This document shows positions 39,513 to 51,770 of a stretch of DNA of 64,000 bases, piece by piece. The notes below the pieces were generated by a model, which worked only from the letters and a program-made list of their open reading frames with translations, searched no databases and was not told the origin of the DNA. The position numbers were made by a program, and so were the translations under genes. Every line of letters begins with the position of its first letter. Positions within the stretch are counted from its first letter, which is position 1. The DNA is from Squalus acanthias (Eukaryota), in contig CM059438.1 in assembly GCA_030390025.1 (NCBI GenBank), positions 19,964,001 through 20,028,000 on the forward strand, given 5' to 3'.

Positions 39513-42500
39513 CCCCAAAACAAGTGACAATGATGTCCACTCTCCTGAAACTAATACTGAAAACAACCTGAATTCAACATCTCAAGAAATCCTGGTGGGA
39601 CAAAATGATGCATCACCAGAATGCAAAGGAAAAGCAAATCTTCAAATCACGGCAGATCCAAAGTCCCCTTTATTAGCTGAAAATAAAAATAGCTTATGGT
39701 CTTTACCGGAAGATACTGCATTTAAAGGAGATGCCTTGAAAGTAAATAATATATTCGGTGAGACAAAAACTACCGGGGCAGCAGATACTGGTCACGGCCT
39801 GAAAGCCAGTTCCTTACCAGTACAAGGAAATACTCCAGCGAGTGCAGCCGAGGAAAGGTTGTCAGATCTATTGCATCATGGCGAGCAGCTGGACGAAACA
39901 GATGAGCAGGGCTCTTACCCTTCACCTCAGGGCACAGTTGGGAGAGATCAGTTACCTGCCCAAGAGACTGAGTGCGACCTAGTGTTGCAAGTCTCAGGAT
40001 GCAAAGAATCCATCATAGAAGAAAATCCTGCAAAAAGCACAGATGGCAAAAGCGGTCTGTTCATGGTAGAAATCCAAGACCCAAAGTATCTGACGCCAGC
40101 GAGTTTAGAAAAACATGCTGAGTATGTGACAATTGCAGGTCACAATGTTATCAGTCATTCACAAGTCAAAGTTGAAAATGAGCAGCTCACTGAAGAAGTG
40201 GTCACTGATCAAGAAGAAAAGTGCGTTTTGCCAAAGGAAGGTTCTATTTCAGTCTCAGAATCTGCGCTAAATTTGTCTGAGGGAGTGGCACTCGAGGGGA
40301 ATGAGTTGAGTTTGAGTTGTGATACTGATCACCATCAAACATCTAACGGTGAAGAAAACGATTGCAGTCTTCTGACGGGTACAGAAAATCAAAGAAGCCC
40401 TGCAAAAATGGAGTTACTCAACATCCGCGCATCAGATCTTGATACTGCTAAACTGAATGTGACACTGTTAGCAGTCGGTGATAAGCAACAGAAAACACAC
40501 AACACCAAAGAACAAGAAAATATCTCCACGGAAAATGTCTCCAGCCTTGTAGCTCGGATGGAGAATATTCCAGAAACCGTCGTGCTGTCCTCAATCCAGC
40601 AGAATCCCAGTACTGGGAGAACACAAGAAAAACTAATGGGTTTCAGTTGCGACAGTGAACAGGGTCAAATATGCGATCAGGAAACAAAAACGACTGCTGG
40701 CAAAGGAGATTTGGGCAGTCTTGAAATGCAAATCGAAAATATCGTACTTCCAATCAACCCTCAAAACCTTGCTGCATTGGAGCCGAAAGAGACAGCATTT
40801 GTTGTCAAAAGCGAACAGCAGATATGTCGCAGTGAATCAAAAGGAAAGGTTTGTGAAGACAATGTGTGGAATCTTCAGGAATCCACCAAGTCAGCACTGA
40901 GTTATCAGGATACTTATTCAGAGAAAGCACGAAATGAGCCGCTGGGTTGCTGCTGTGACAGTAACCAGCAAACACGAGGCAGTGAGAAGCAAGCAAAAGC
41001 TTCCGAAGAAAAATTATCCAGTGTGCAGATTGACACAGAGAACTATTCTTTCCCAGAAACGTCCGAACTGACACTATGTCAGGACTTGGACTTAGTGGAA
41101 GTAAAAGAAATGTTACTGGGTTTCCAAAGCGACCAGCAAGTCTGCAGCACTGAAAAACAAGATGGCAGACCCGAGAAAAGCGGGCGCACCCTTCAAACTG
41201 GTCTGGAAAATGGGCTGTTGTCAGATCGAATGGGACTGTCTTCTAGCTCTCAGAATCCTGATTCGATGGAAGTGAAAGGAAAAATACTGAATTTAACCTC
41301 TCCTAGCGAACAGCAAGAAGACACCAGTGAGATACAAAATCAAGTCTGTGAGGAGGGGTTGTCTGAGGAGGGGCTGTCCTGCTTGCAAAAGGACATGGTT
41401 CTAGAAAGCAAGATGTTTCCAGACGCGTTTGAGCTGACCCGAAGCTCTCAGACTCCTGACACATTGGGTGTAAATGAGGTATCGGTTTTCAGTACTGAGC
41501 AACAGCAGGCAGGTAACAGCCTGACAAAAGAAAACATTTGTGAAGGAATTGTGTGTAGCCTTCACACTGTATGTGCGGAATCACCACCTAGCTCACAGAT
41601 TCCTGGTACAGTTATACCAAAAGAGACACTATTATCTGTCACTAATACACAGCAAGCATGTAGCAGCGAAAAGAAAGAGAAGGCTTCTAAAGAAAACCAG
41701 TATGACTTGCAGACTAGGTTGGAAAGTTCCACATTCCCAGAAAGCAGTGAATTATTGCTTAACCTTCAAAACTGTGGTTCAAAAGAAGCAACAAAGGAGA
41801 AACTATCAGATTTCAGACATTTCACTGGACAAACATCGACATGCACTACAGAAACACTCTGTCAAGAAGATCTGAGCAACATTCAGATGATAAAAAATAT
41901 TATAATCCCAGCAGCCATGCAGCTGCCAGCTGGCTCGGACCTTCGTGGTACAGCTGAAGTGAAAGAGTCATTAATGTCTGTCAGTAGTGAACAGACATGC
42001 AGCAGTGAAAAGCAAGAGAAAGTGTCTGAAGGAAATGTGTACAGCCCTCCAGCTACTATGGAAAGTACTTTGTTTTCAGAAACGGCAGATTTACCACTTG
42101 CTCCTCAGAATATTGGCTCAGCAGGCACAGAAAATGAACAGTCGCGTTTGAGCCACGGCAGTGTACAGCAAACAGCAGAGAGAGAAATCAAAGAACATCC
42201 CGATAAAGGAGAAGTGTGCAGCCTTCAGATTGATCGGCGAGATATGATTTCAGAAAGAGTGGAATCATTGCTGGCCTCTCAGCATATTGCTGGCGCTGGA
42301 GTGAAAGAGGCATCACTGACCTTGAGTGGTGAACAACTACAACTGTTCATCAGTGAAGAACAGCAAAAGGATTATGAGGGGGACGTACGCAGCCTCCAGG
42401 AAGGTCCTGAAGATACTGTACCGTCAACAAGCACAGAATTAGCACTGAACCCTCAGGATGCTACAAGTAAAGAAGAGTTGTTGGAGGGATTTGCTCATGA

Positions 42501-45500
42501 GCAACAGCAAATGTGTGACAGTGAGTTCAAAGTGGGCCTCTATAAAATGGATTCAGACAGCCCTCAGATGCCTGTAGAAAATATTATCACTCCAGAAGTC
42601 ACTAAATTACCACTTAGCACGCAGAATCCTAATGCAGTGGAACATGGAGAGTTATTAATGGGATTTAGCAACGAACAGCAGCAGGCAGGCAGTGAGATAG
42701 CCAAAGAAAAAGACTGTGAAGAAAACGTACAGAACCTTCAGACTGACACCGAGAAGGTCGTGGATTTGTCACCCAGCTCCGCGATTCCTGGTATTGATGA
42801 ACTAACAGAAACGTTGTTTAGCCAGAGAGAACAGCAAATATGTGACAAAGAAAAACAAGAAAAGGTGTCTGAAGACAAAATTTACAACTTCCCAATTGGT
42901 ACAGAAACCAGTTTGTTCCAACTTACCGAGGAGTTACCTCCTACCACTCAGAATATTGGTTCAATAGCTACAGAAAATGAACTGTTGCCTTTGAGTTATG
43001 ATAGCGGACAGGAAACAGCACATGGGGAAATAGAAGAAAATCTCTCTAAAGAAAAATTGTTCAGCTTTCCGACTGATCGAGGAGGTATGATCCCAGAAAG
43101 AGCGGTACTGCTGCCTGCCTCTCAGCATACTGCTGGCGCTGGAGTGAATGAGGCATTACTGACCTTGAGTGGTGAACAAGTACAAACATTCGTTAGCGAA
43201 CAACAGCAAAAGGATTATGAGGGGGATGTGTGCAGTCTCCAGGAAGGTCCTGAAGATACTGTACTGTCAGCAAGCACAGAATTAGCACTGAATCCTCAGG
43301 ATGCTACAAGTAAAGAAGAAACATCAGAGGGTTTTGATTGTTCTGCTGAGCAACAGCAAATGCGTGACACTGAATTCAAGCATGGACTCCCTAAAAAGAA
43401 TTTAGACAAGTCTCAAATATCTTTGGAAAACATCTTTCCTCAAGAATCCATAAAGTTGTCAATCGACGTAGAGAATCCTGATGTAGAGGAACAAAGCAAT
43501 AAATTACTGGGAGACAGTGAGATAAAAGAAAACATATTTGAAGCAAATGAGCAAAACCTTCAGACTGAGGCTGGACACATTTCAACCCCAGAAGTACTGA
43601 AATCACCAGCCAGCTGCCTGGATCCTGATACTACAAAACTGAAAGAAACAATAATTGGATTCAGTAGTGAACATCAGCAAGTAGATGACAATAGGAAACA
43701 AGAAGTGACTGAAGAAAATCTGTGCTGCTTTCACACTGCTACAGAAAGTATGGACAATATTTTGATCCCGAAAGCTATGGAATTGGCAAAAGACCTTCAG
43801 GATTCCGGTACGAATGAAATGAAAGAGGAACTTTTGGGCTTTGGCATTGATAGAAAGCAGCAACAAATAGCCACAAAAGTAATAGAAGACAACTACTATG
43901 AAGAAAATGTAGGTTGTCTTCAACAAGGTGAAGAAAATATTCCAGAACCCGCAACCACAGAATGCACTGCTCAGTATCCTAATACTGAGGCATTGAAAGA
44001 GAGATTGATGAATTTCAATGGTGATGTGGAACATCAGCAAACGTGTGGGAGTGCAACAAAAGTAAATATTTGTGCTGAAGGTATGAGCAGTCTTCAGGTG
44101 GGTATGGAAACCACCCTTCCAGAATCCATCACATTGACACAGAGTCCTCCCATTCCTCAGGCACTTGAAGAAAATGATATATCTCTGGAATTCAGCAATG
44201 AACAACACCAAATCTACAGTAGTCCAACAGAAGAAAAAATCTATGAGGACAATGTGTGCAGTCTTCTGAGCATTATTGAAAATGTAGCTGCACCGACTAT
44301 AGAATTGTCAGCTGGCCCAGAGAATCAGCGCATAGAGGAGGCAACGGAAAACACACTGGGGTTCAGCTGTGAAAATGACCAGCAGGAAAAATGCAGTGAT
44401 GAAACGAAAGAGAAAACTTGTGAAGAAAATGTACACAGCTTCCAAATGGATACAGCAGACGCCCTCCCAGAAACCATAGAACAGATTCCCACCGTAGTGA
44501 CTCATAGTACGGCAGAAGTGAAAGAAGCATTACCTGGTTTTATTAATGAACAACAGCAAATATGTATCATTGAGGCAAAAGAAAATGTCTGTGAAGAAAA
44601 CCTTTGTAGGCTTCAGATGGTTAAAGACAATATTGTACTTTCAGAAGTCTTTGAACTGACTCCTGGCTCACAGAGTCCTGACACATCCAAAGAAACTTTA
44701 TTGGCAGTTGTTAGTGAACAACTGCAAACAGGTGTCAGTGTAATGAAAGACAACGTTCCTGAAGACAATATGTGGAGCCTTCAGACAGGTACTGAGCATA
44801 CTGTACCCGCAGGAACCATGGAACTGACAGCTAGCCTTCAGAATCATGATGAAGAGAAAGGAAAAGAGACGTTACTGAGATTTCGTGGGGATCTAAAACA
44901 AGAACTCATACTCAACAATGAATCAAAAGAAAATCTTCATGAAGAGAATATGCAGGTGTCAAAAACAAGTACAGAAGACATTAAGCTCTCAGTGAGCAAG
45001 GAATTGACAGATTGCACACAGGACCTTAATACTGCTGTCCTGCCAGAGAACGTAATGGGTTTCAGTGGTGAACATCAAGCAGAAAGCATGGACAGCCTCC
45101 AAGTTGGCAATGCAAATAATTTGTTTCCAGAAACCATCAAATTGATACCTGGTATTCAGATTCCTGATGGAGTGAATGAGGCATTACTGACCTTGAGTGG
45201 TGAACAAGTACAAACATTCGTTAGTGAAGAACAGCAAAAGGATTATGAGGGGGATGTGTGCAGTCTCCAGGAAGGTCCTGAAGATACTGTACCGTCAGCA
45301 AGCACAGAATTAGCACTGAATCCTCAGGTTGCTACAAGTAAAGAAGAAACATCAGAGGGTTTTGATTGTTCTGCTGAGCAACAGCAAATGCGTGACACTG
45401 AATTCAAGCATGGACTCCCTAAAAAGAATTTAGACAAGTCTCAAATATCTTTGGAAAACATCTTTCCTCAAGAATCCATAAAGTTGTCAATCGACGTAGA

Positions 45501-48500
45501 GAATCCTGATGTAGAGGAACAAAGCAATAAATTACTGGGAGACAGTGAGATAAAAGAAAACATATTTGGAGCAAATGAGCCAAACCTTCAGACTGAGGCT
45601 GGACACATTTCAACCCCAGAAGTACTGAAATCACCAGCCAGCTGCCTGGATCCTGATACTACAAAACTGAAAGAAACAATAATTGGATTCAGTAGTGAAC
45701 ATCAGCAAGTAGATGACAATAGGAAACAAGAAGTGACTGAAGAAAATCTGTGCTGCTTTCACACTGCTACAGAAAGTATGGACAATATTTTGATCCCGAA
45801 AGCTATGGAATTGGCAAAAGACCTTCAGGATTCCGGTACGAATGAAATGAAAGAGGAACTTTTGGGCTTTGGCATTGATAGAAAGCAACAACAAATAACC
45901 ACAAAAGGAATAGAAGACAACTACTATGAAGAAAATGTAGGTTGTCTTCAACAAGGTGAAGAAAATATTCCAGAACCCGCAACCACAGAATGCACTGCTC
46001 AGTATCCTAATACTGAGGTATTGAAAGAGAGATTGATGAATTTCAATGGTGATGTGGAACATCAGCAAACATGTGGGAGTGCAACAAAAGTAAATATTTG
46101 TGCTGAAGGTATGAGCAGTCTTCAGGTGGGTATGGAAACCACCCTTCCAGAATCCATCACATTGACGCAGAGTCCTCCCATTCCTCAGGCACTTGAAGAA
46201 AATGATATATCTCTGGAATTCAGCAATGAACAACATCAAATCTACAGTAGTCCAACAGAAGAAAAAATCTATGAGGACAATGTGTGCAGTCTTCTGAGCA
46301 TTATTGAAAATGTAGCTGCACCGACTATAGAATTGTCAGCTGGCCCAGAGAATCAGCACATAGAGGAGGCAACGGAAAACACACTGGGATTCAGCTGTGA
46401 AAATGACCAGCAGGAAAAATGCAGTGATGAAATGAAAGAGAAAACTTGTGAAGAAAATGTACACAGCTTCCAATTGGATACAGCAGACGCCCCCCCAGAA
46501 ACCATAGAACAGATTCCCACCGTAGTGACTCATAGTACGGCAGAAGTGAAAGAAGCATTACCTGGTTTTATTAATGAACAACAGCAGATATGTATCATTG
46601 AGGCAAAAGAAAATGTCTGTGAAGAAAATCTTTGTAGGCTTCAGATGGTTAAAGACAATATTGTACTTTCAGAAGTCTTTGAACTGACTCCTGGCTCACA
46701 GAGTCCTGACACATCCAAAGAAACTTTATTGGCAGTTGTTAGTGAACAACTGCAAACAGATGTCAGTGTAATGAAAGACAACGTTCCTGAAGACAATATG
46801 TGGAGCCTTCAGACAGGTACTGAGCATACTGTACCCGCAGGAACCATGGAACTGACAGCTAGCCTTCAGAATCATGATGAAGAGAAAGGAAAAGAGACGT
46901 TACTGAGATTTCGTGGGGATCTAAAACAAGAACTCATACTCGACAATGAATCAAAAGAAAATCTTCATGAAGAGAATATGGAGGTGTCAAAAACAAGTAC
47001 AGAAGACATTAAGCTCTCAGTGAGCAAGGAATTGACAGATTGCACACAGGACCTTAATACTGCTGTCCTGCCAGAGAACGTAATGGGTTTCAGTGGTGAA
47101 CATCAAGCAGAAAGCATGGACAGCCTCCAAGTTGGCAATGCAAATAATTTGTTTCCAGAAACCATCAAATTGATACCTGGTATTCAGATTCCTGATGGAG
47201 TGAACGAGGCATTACTGACCTTGAGTGGTGAACAAGTACAAACATTCGTTAGTGAAGAACAGCAAAAGGATTATGAGGGGATGTGTGCAGTCTCCAGGAA
47301 GGTCCTGAAGATACTGTACCGTCAGCAAGCACAGAATTAGCACTGAATCCTCAGGTTGCTACAAGTAAAGAAGAAATATCAGAGGGTTTTGATTGTTCTG
47401 CTGAACAACAGCAAATGCGTGACACTGAATTCAAGCATGGACTCCCTAAAAAGAATTTAGACAAGTCTCAAATATCTTTGGAAAACATCTTTCCTCAAGA
47501 ATCCATAAAGTTGTCAATCGACGTAGAGAATCCTGATGTAGAGGAACAAAGCAATAAATTACTGGGAGATAGTGAGATAAAAGAAAACATATTTGGAGCA
47601 AATGAGCAAAACCTTCAGACTGAGGCTGGACACATTTCAACCCCAGAAGTACTGAAATCACCAGCCAGCTGCCTGGATCCTGATACTACAAAACTGAAAG
47701 AAACAATAATTGGATTCAGTAGTGAACATCAGCAAGTAGATGACAATAGGAAACAAGAAGTGACTGAAGAAAATCTGTGCTGCTTTCACACTGCTACAGA
47801 AAGTATGGACAATATTTTGACCCCGAAAGCTATGGAATTGGCAAAAGACCTTCAGGATTCCGGTACGAATGAAATGAAAGAGGAACTTTTGGGCTTTGGC
47901 ATTGATAGAAAGCAACAACAAATAGCCACAAAAGTAATAGAAGACAACTACTATGAAGAAAATGTAGGTTGTCTTCAACAAGGTGAAGAAAGTATTCCAG
48001 AACCCACAACCACAGAATGCACTGCTCAGTATCCTAATACTGAGGCATTGAAAGAGAGATTGATGAATTTCAATGTTGATGTGGAACATCAGCAAACGTG
48101 TGGGAGTGCAACAAAAGTAAATATTTGTGCTGAAGGTATGAGCAGTCTTCAGGTGGGTATGGAAACCACCCTTCCAGAATCCATCACATTGACACAGAGT
48201 CCTCCCATTCCTCAGGCACGTGAAGAAAATGATATATCTCTGGAATTCAGCAATGAACAACACCAAATCTACAGTAGTCCAACAGAAGAAAAAATCTATG
48301 AGGACAATGTGTGCAGTCTTCTGAGCATTATTGAAAATGTAGCTGCACCGACTATAGAATTGTCAGCTGGCCCAGAGAATCAGCACATAGAGGAGGCAAC
48401 GGAAAACACACTGGGGTTCAGCTGTGAAAATGACCAGCAGGAAAAATGCAGTGATGAAACGAAAGAGAAAACTTGTGAAGAAAATGTACACAGCTTCCAA

Positions 48501-51154
48501 TTGGATACAGCAGACGCCCTCCCAGAAACCATAGAACAGATTCCCACCGTAGTGACTCATAGTACGGCAGAAGTGAAAGAAGCATTACCTGGTTTTATTA
48601 ATGAACAACAGCAAATATGTATCATTGAGGCAAAAGAAAATGTCTGTGAAGAAAACCTTTGTAGGCTTCAGATGGTTAAAGACAATATTGTACTTTCAGA
48701 AGTCTTTGAACTGACTTCTGGCTCACAGAGTCCTGACACATCCAAAGAAACTTTATTGGCAGTTGTTAGTGAACAACTGCAAACAGGTGTCAGTGTAATG
48801 AAAGACAACGTTTCTGAAGACAATATGTGGAGTCTTCAGACAGGTACTGAGCATACTGTACCCGCAGGAACCATGGAACTGACAGCTAGCCTTCAGAATC
48901 ATGATGAAGAGAAAGGAAAAGAGACGTTACTGAGATTTCGTGGGGATCTAAAACAAGAACTCATACTCGACAATGAATCAAAAGAAAATCTTCATGAAGA
49001 GAATATGCAGGTGTCAAAAACAAGTACAGAAGACATTAAGCTCTCAGTGAGCAAGGAATTGACAGATTGCACACAGGACCTTAATACTGCTGTCCTGCCA
49101 GAGAACGTAATGGGTTTCAGTGGTGAACATCAAGCAGAAAGCATGGACAGCCTCCAAGTTGGCAATGCAAATAATTTGTTTCCAGAAACCATCAAATTGA
49201 TACCCGGTATTCAGATTCCTGATGCAAAGGATGTGAATGTCATATCGATTTTAACTAGTGAGCAACAGCAGATGTGCAGCAGTGTAATTAAAGAGGAAGA
49301 AGCATATGGAAAAGCTGTACATATCTCGCAGAGCGCTGTGGAAAATATTATTATCCCTGAAAGTATGAAATTGGCATCAACACCTCAGGATTCTGACACC
49401 TCTGAACTGATGGCTTTCAGTAATGAGCATCAGCAGATATGTAGCAGTGGAATGAAAACAGAAACCTGTAAAGAAGATGATTATATAAAAAATAACTTAT
49501 ATCCAGACATCACCATGATATTACCATCTAGCCCTCCAAAAAAGGATAAAATGGACTTTAGGGAGAAGCTATCAGATGTCAGTTGGAATACTGAACAGCA
49601 ACATTGGAACATTGAAGTACACGACGACATCTCAGAAATGAACATGTTAAAATTAAAGGCCAATACAGAAATCGCCACACCCTCAGAAGCAATAAAATTG
49701 CCATCCAACTTGCAGATTCATGAGCTGGAGAATGGAAAAGATTATTTATTGGCTTTCACTTTTGATGGTGACAAGAGTCAAATTTCCAGCGGAGAACCAA
49801 AAGAAAAACTCTTTAAAGAAGATGTGAGCAGCCTGAAGATGGGTGGAGAAAGTATAATCCCAGAAGCCAATAAACCGACAGCCATGCCTCAGGACCCTGA
49901 AGAAGTAGAGCTGAAGGGAACATCATTGGACTTTGAGAACGAACAACAGCAGACCTGCAACACTGAAAGCAAAGAAGTGAGCAACCTTCTAACTGACACT
50001 GATAATATTTCAACCCAAGAAACTATGGAACTGCTATCTAACTCCCAGAAATGTGATACTGAGAAAGATGAAGATAAATTATTGGGTTTCAGCCATGACA
50101 CTGAACAACAGACATGCGATGGCGAAACAAAAATAAATATCTTCAAAGAAAATGCATGCATCGATAAGATGGGTATAGAAAACTCTGTTCATCCAGAAAG
50201 TGTGAAATTGTTATCTAGCTCTGATATTGCTACTGAACTGCAAGAGACTACAAACAATTTTCTTAGTGAAGTTCAGCAAATATCCACCACTGAAACAAAA
50301 GAAAACTTCTGTGTTGAAAATGTACATAGTCTTGAAAATATAATTCCAGAATCCAATGAGCTATCTTCCAGTTCCTTGCATTCTGACGCAACAATAAAAG
50401 AGGATATTTTAAGGCAAAGGCATGACAGTGAGGAACAACAGACCCTGAACATGAGTGGAAAAGAAAGTGTTTACGCAAATGGTGTTGAGAGCATGGAAAA
50501 AGGCATGACTTTTGGAATAGATCCCGAGATAAAGTTTCCTCTTTGCACTCCGACTGTTTCTGAAGCTGTGGAAATAAACCAGTTATTGGCTGCAACATCA
50601 GATAGTGAGCATCAACAGAGAAATGACAATCTAATTTCACATAGTACCTGCGAAGAGAAAGTAAGTTTGGAGATGGATTTTGCTTTCGGAAGTGATAAGC
50701 TCCCAGAGGCAGTGGAGAAAGAGACCACCTCTGCAGGAGGCACAGACTATAAAAACTATGCTGCCTCTCAGGAAACTCAGCTTACAAAATCCATGACAAC
50801 TAAAAGCAAGGAACCCAGCAGCTCAACCGAACACCTGCTCTTGTTGCGCACAAGAGATGCAACAGAAAGTTGCTTAGAAATTGATGTCAAAGAACAGGAA
50901 AACATTGTGGGTGTTCTACCAACAGGGAATTTTGCTGGAATAGATCAAACTTCCATTAAAAAAGAGTCCTGTATGTCTGATACTGAATTTGGAAATGAGT
51001 TCTTATTTGCAATAGAACCAACAGCCAGACCAGAAGGCAGATCCCCGCACACATTAGCAGATGTAAAGGAAGAGGGGGTTTTGCCAGCTGCATGTGAAAA
51101 CACTGAAGTCAGAAAAACTGAAACAGGACTTAAAGAAGGATTAAAGACTGAAAG
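39513..51154 (+). CDS. TACC2: Giant coding exon (11642 bp, or 11643 bp = 3881 codons if one G is restored) encoding an acidic, repetitive, probably disordered region
   Basis: Acceptor cactattaacag| at 39512, with the frame open from there (PKTSDNDVHSPETNTENN...). Covers ORFs 39595-47340 and 47283-51221, joined by one 1-bp frameshift. Donor AAG|gtacat at 51155, phase 2-2. Position and phase match the ~5 kb giant exon of mammalian TACC2 as recalled. Confidence 0.85.
43141..49223 (+). repeat. Coding tandem repeat: 3 x 2028 bp (676 aa); copies start at 43141, 45169 and 47197
   Basis: ggagtgaa(t/c)gaggcattactgacc recurs at exact 2028-bp spacing, translations are nearly identical, and the third copy is 1 bp short. 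Confidence 0.97.
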
Positions 51155-51275
51155 GTACATAGGTCCTTGCTTCTATACTTTACCACATAAATGTATTTAT
51201 ATTGTTATCAAACGGTTGTAATAAGAGTATTCCATTTTTCTAACTGTTCTTTTTCCTGCTCTCTGTTGACTGTAG

Positions 51276-51386
51276 TCCTTCTCCTGAATCTGCCTCTTCT
51301 TCACCTTCTGCACTTGGAAAGGATGCTGTGGCTGTAATTGGCACAGTAACAACAGGTGCACTGGATAAAGGCATCATGACCACAAG
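51276..51386 (+). CDS. TACC2: 111-bp symmetric exon after the giant exon: (S)PSPESASSSPSALGKDAVAVIGTVTTGALDKGIMTT
   Basis: Strong pyrimidine tract and tgtag|, donor AAG|gtagaa, 121-bp upstream intron. The pattern PSxxxKDAxxVxxxVT matches the recalled human TACC2 post-giant-exon peptide PSVPKKDAPRVMDKVT. Confidence 0.75.
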
Positions 51387-51454
51387 GTAGAAAAAGACAG
51401 TAATAGTTGGACAAACTGGCATCCAGCCTAAATTAATGAATCTTTGTACATAGT

Positions 51455-51770
51455 TAGAACCATAGATGTTTACAGCACAGAAAGAGGCCCTTTGGCCCAT
51501 TGTGTCTGTGCCTGCTCTTGGCTGGATCAAACTAATTCTAATCCCACTGCCCGGCTCCCTCCCCATATCCCTGCATCTTTCTCTGCTTCAAAATGTATCC
51601 GTTTTTCCCATAAATGATACACTAGTCTCGGCTTCAACTGCTCTCTGTGGCAACGCATTCCATGCTCCAACAAGTGCAAAGACATTTCTCTTCACCTCTC
51701 TCCTCACTCTCTTAGTGACAATTTTAAATTGGTGATTCCTCATCACTGTCGCCCCCAACCAGAGGAAATA
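51455..51770 (-). mobile_element. Old CR1 3' fragment
   Basis: catagatgtttacagcacagaaagaggcccttttggccc-type tail and degenerate RT end. Confidence 0.55.

Noticed and set aside
43391-48560. Three sets of minus-strand ORFs (71, 202 and 65 aa), each repeated three times
   Set aside because: Antisense shadows of the triplicated coding unit; their Phe-rich composition mirrors GAA/AAA codons on the + strand.
43141-49223. CRISPR array or prokaryotic repeat system
   Set aside because: No short repeat-spacer structure and no cas-like genes; the window is eukaryotic and intron-rich.
39513-51154. Alternative identities (AKAP13, AHNAK, MAP1, titin-like or mucin giant exons)
   Set aside because: None of their motifs were seen, whereas the first coding exon, the exon phases and the exon after the giant exon agree with TACC2.
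39595-51221. Two separate intronless genes of 2581 and 1312 aa
   Set aside because: Both start at GTG without promoter context, overlap at a 1-bp homopolymer difference, and are bounded by in-phase splice sites, so they are one exon.
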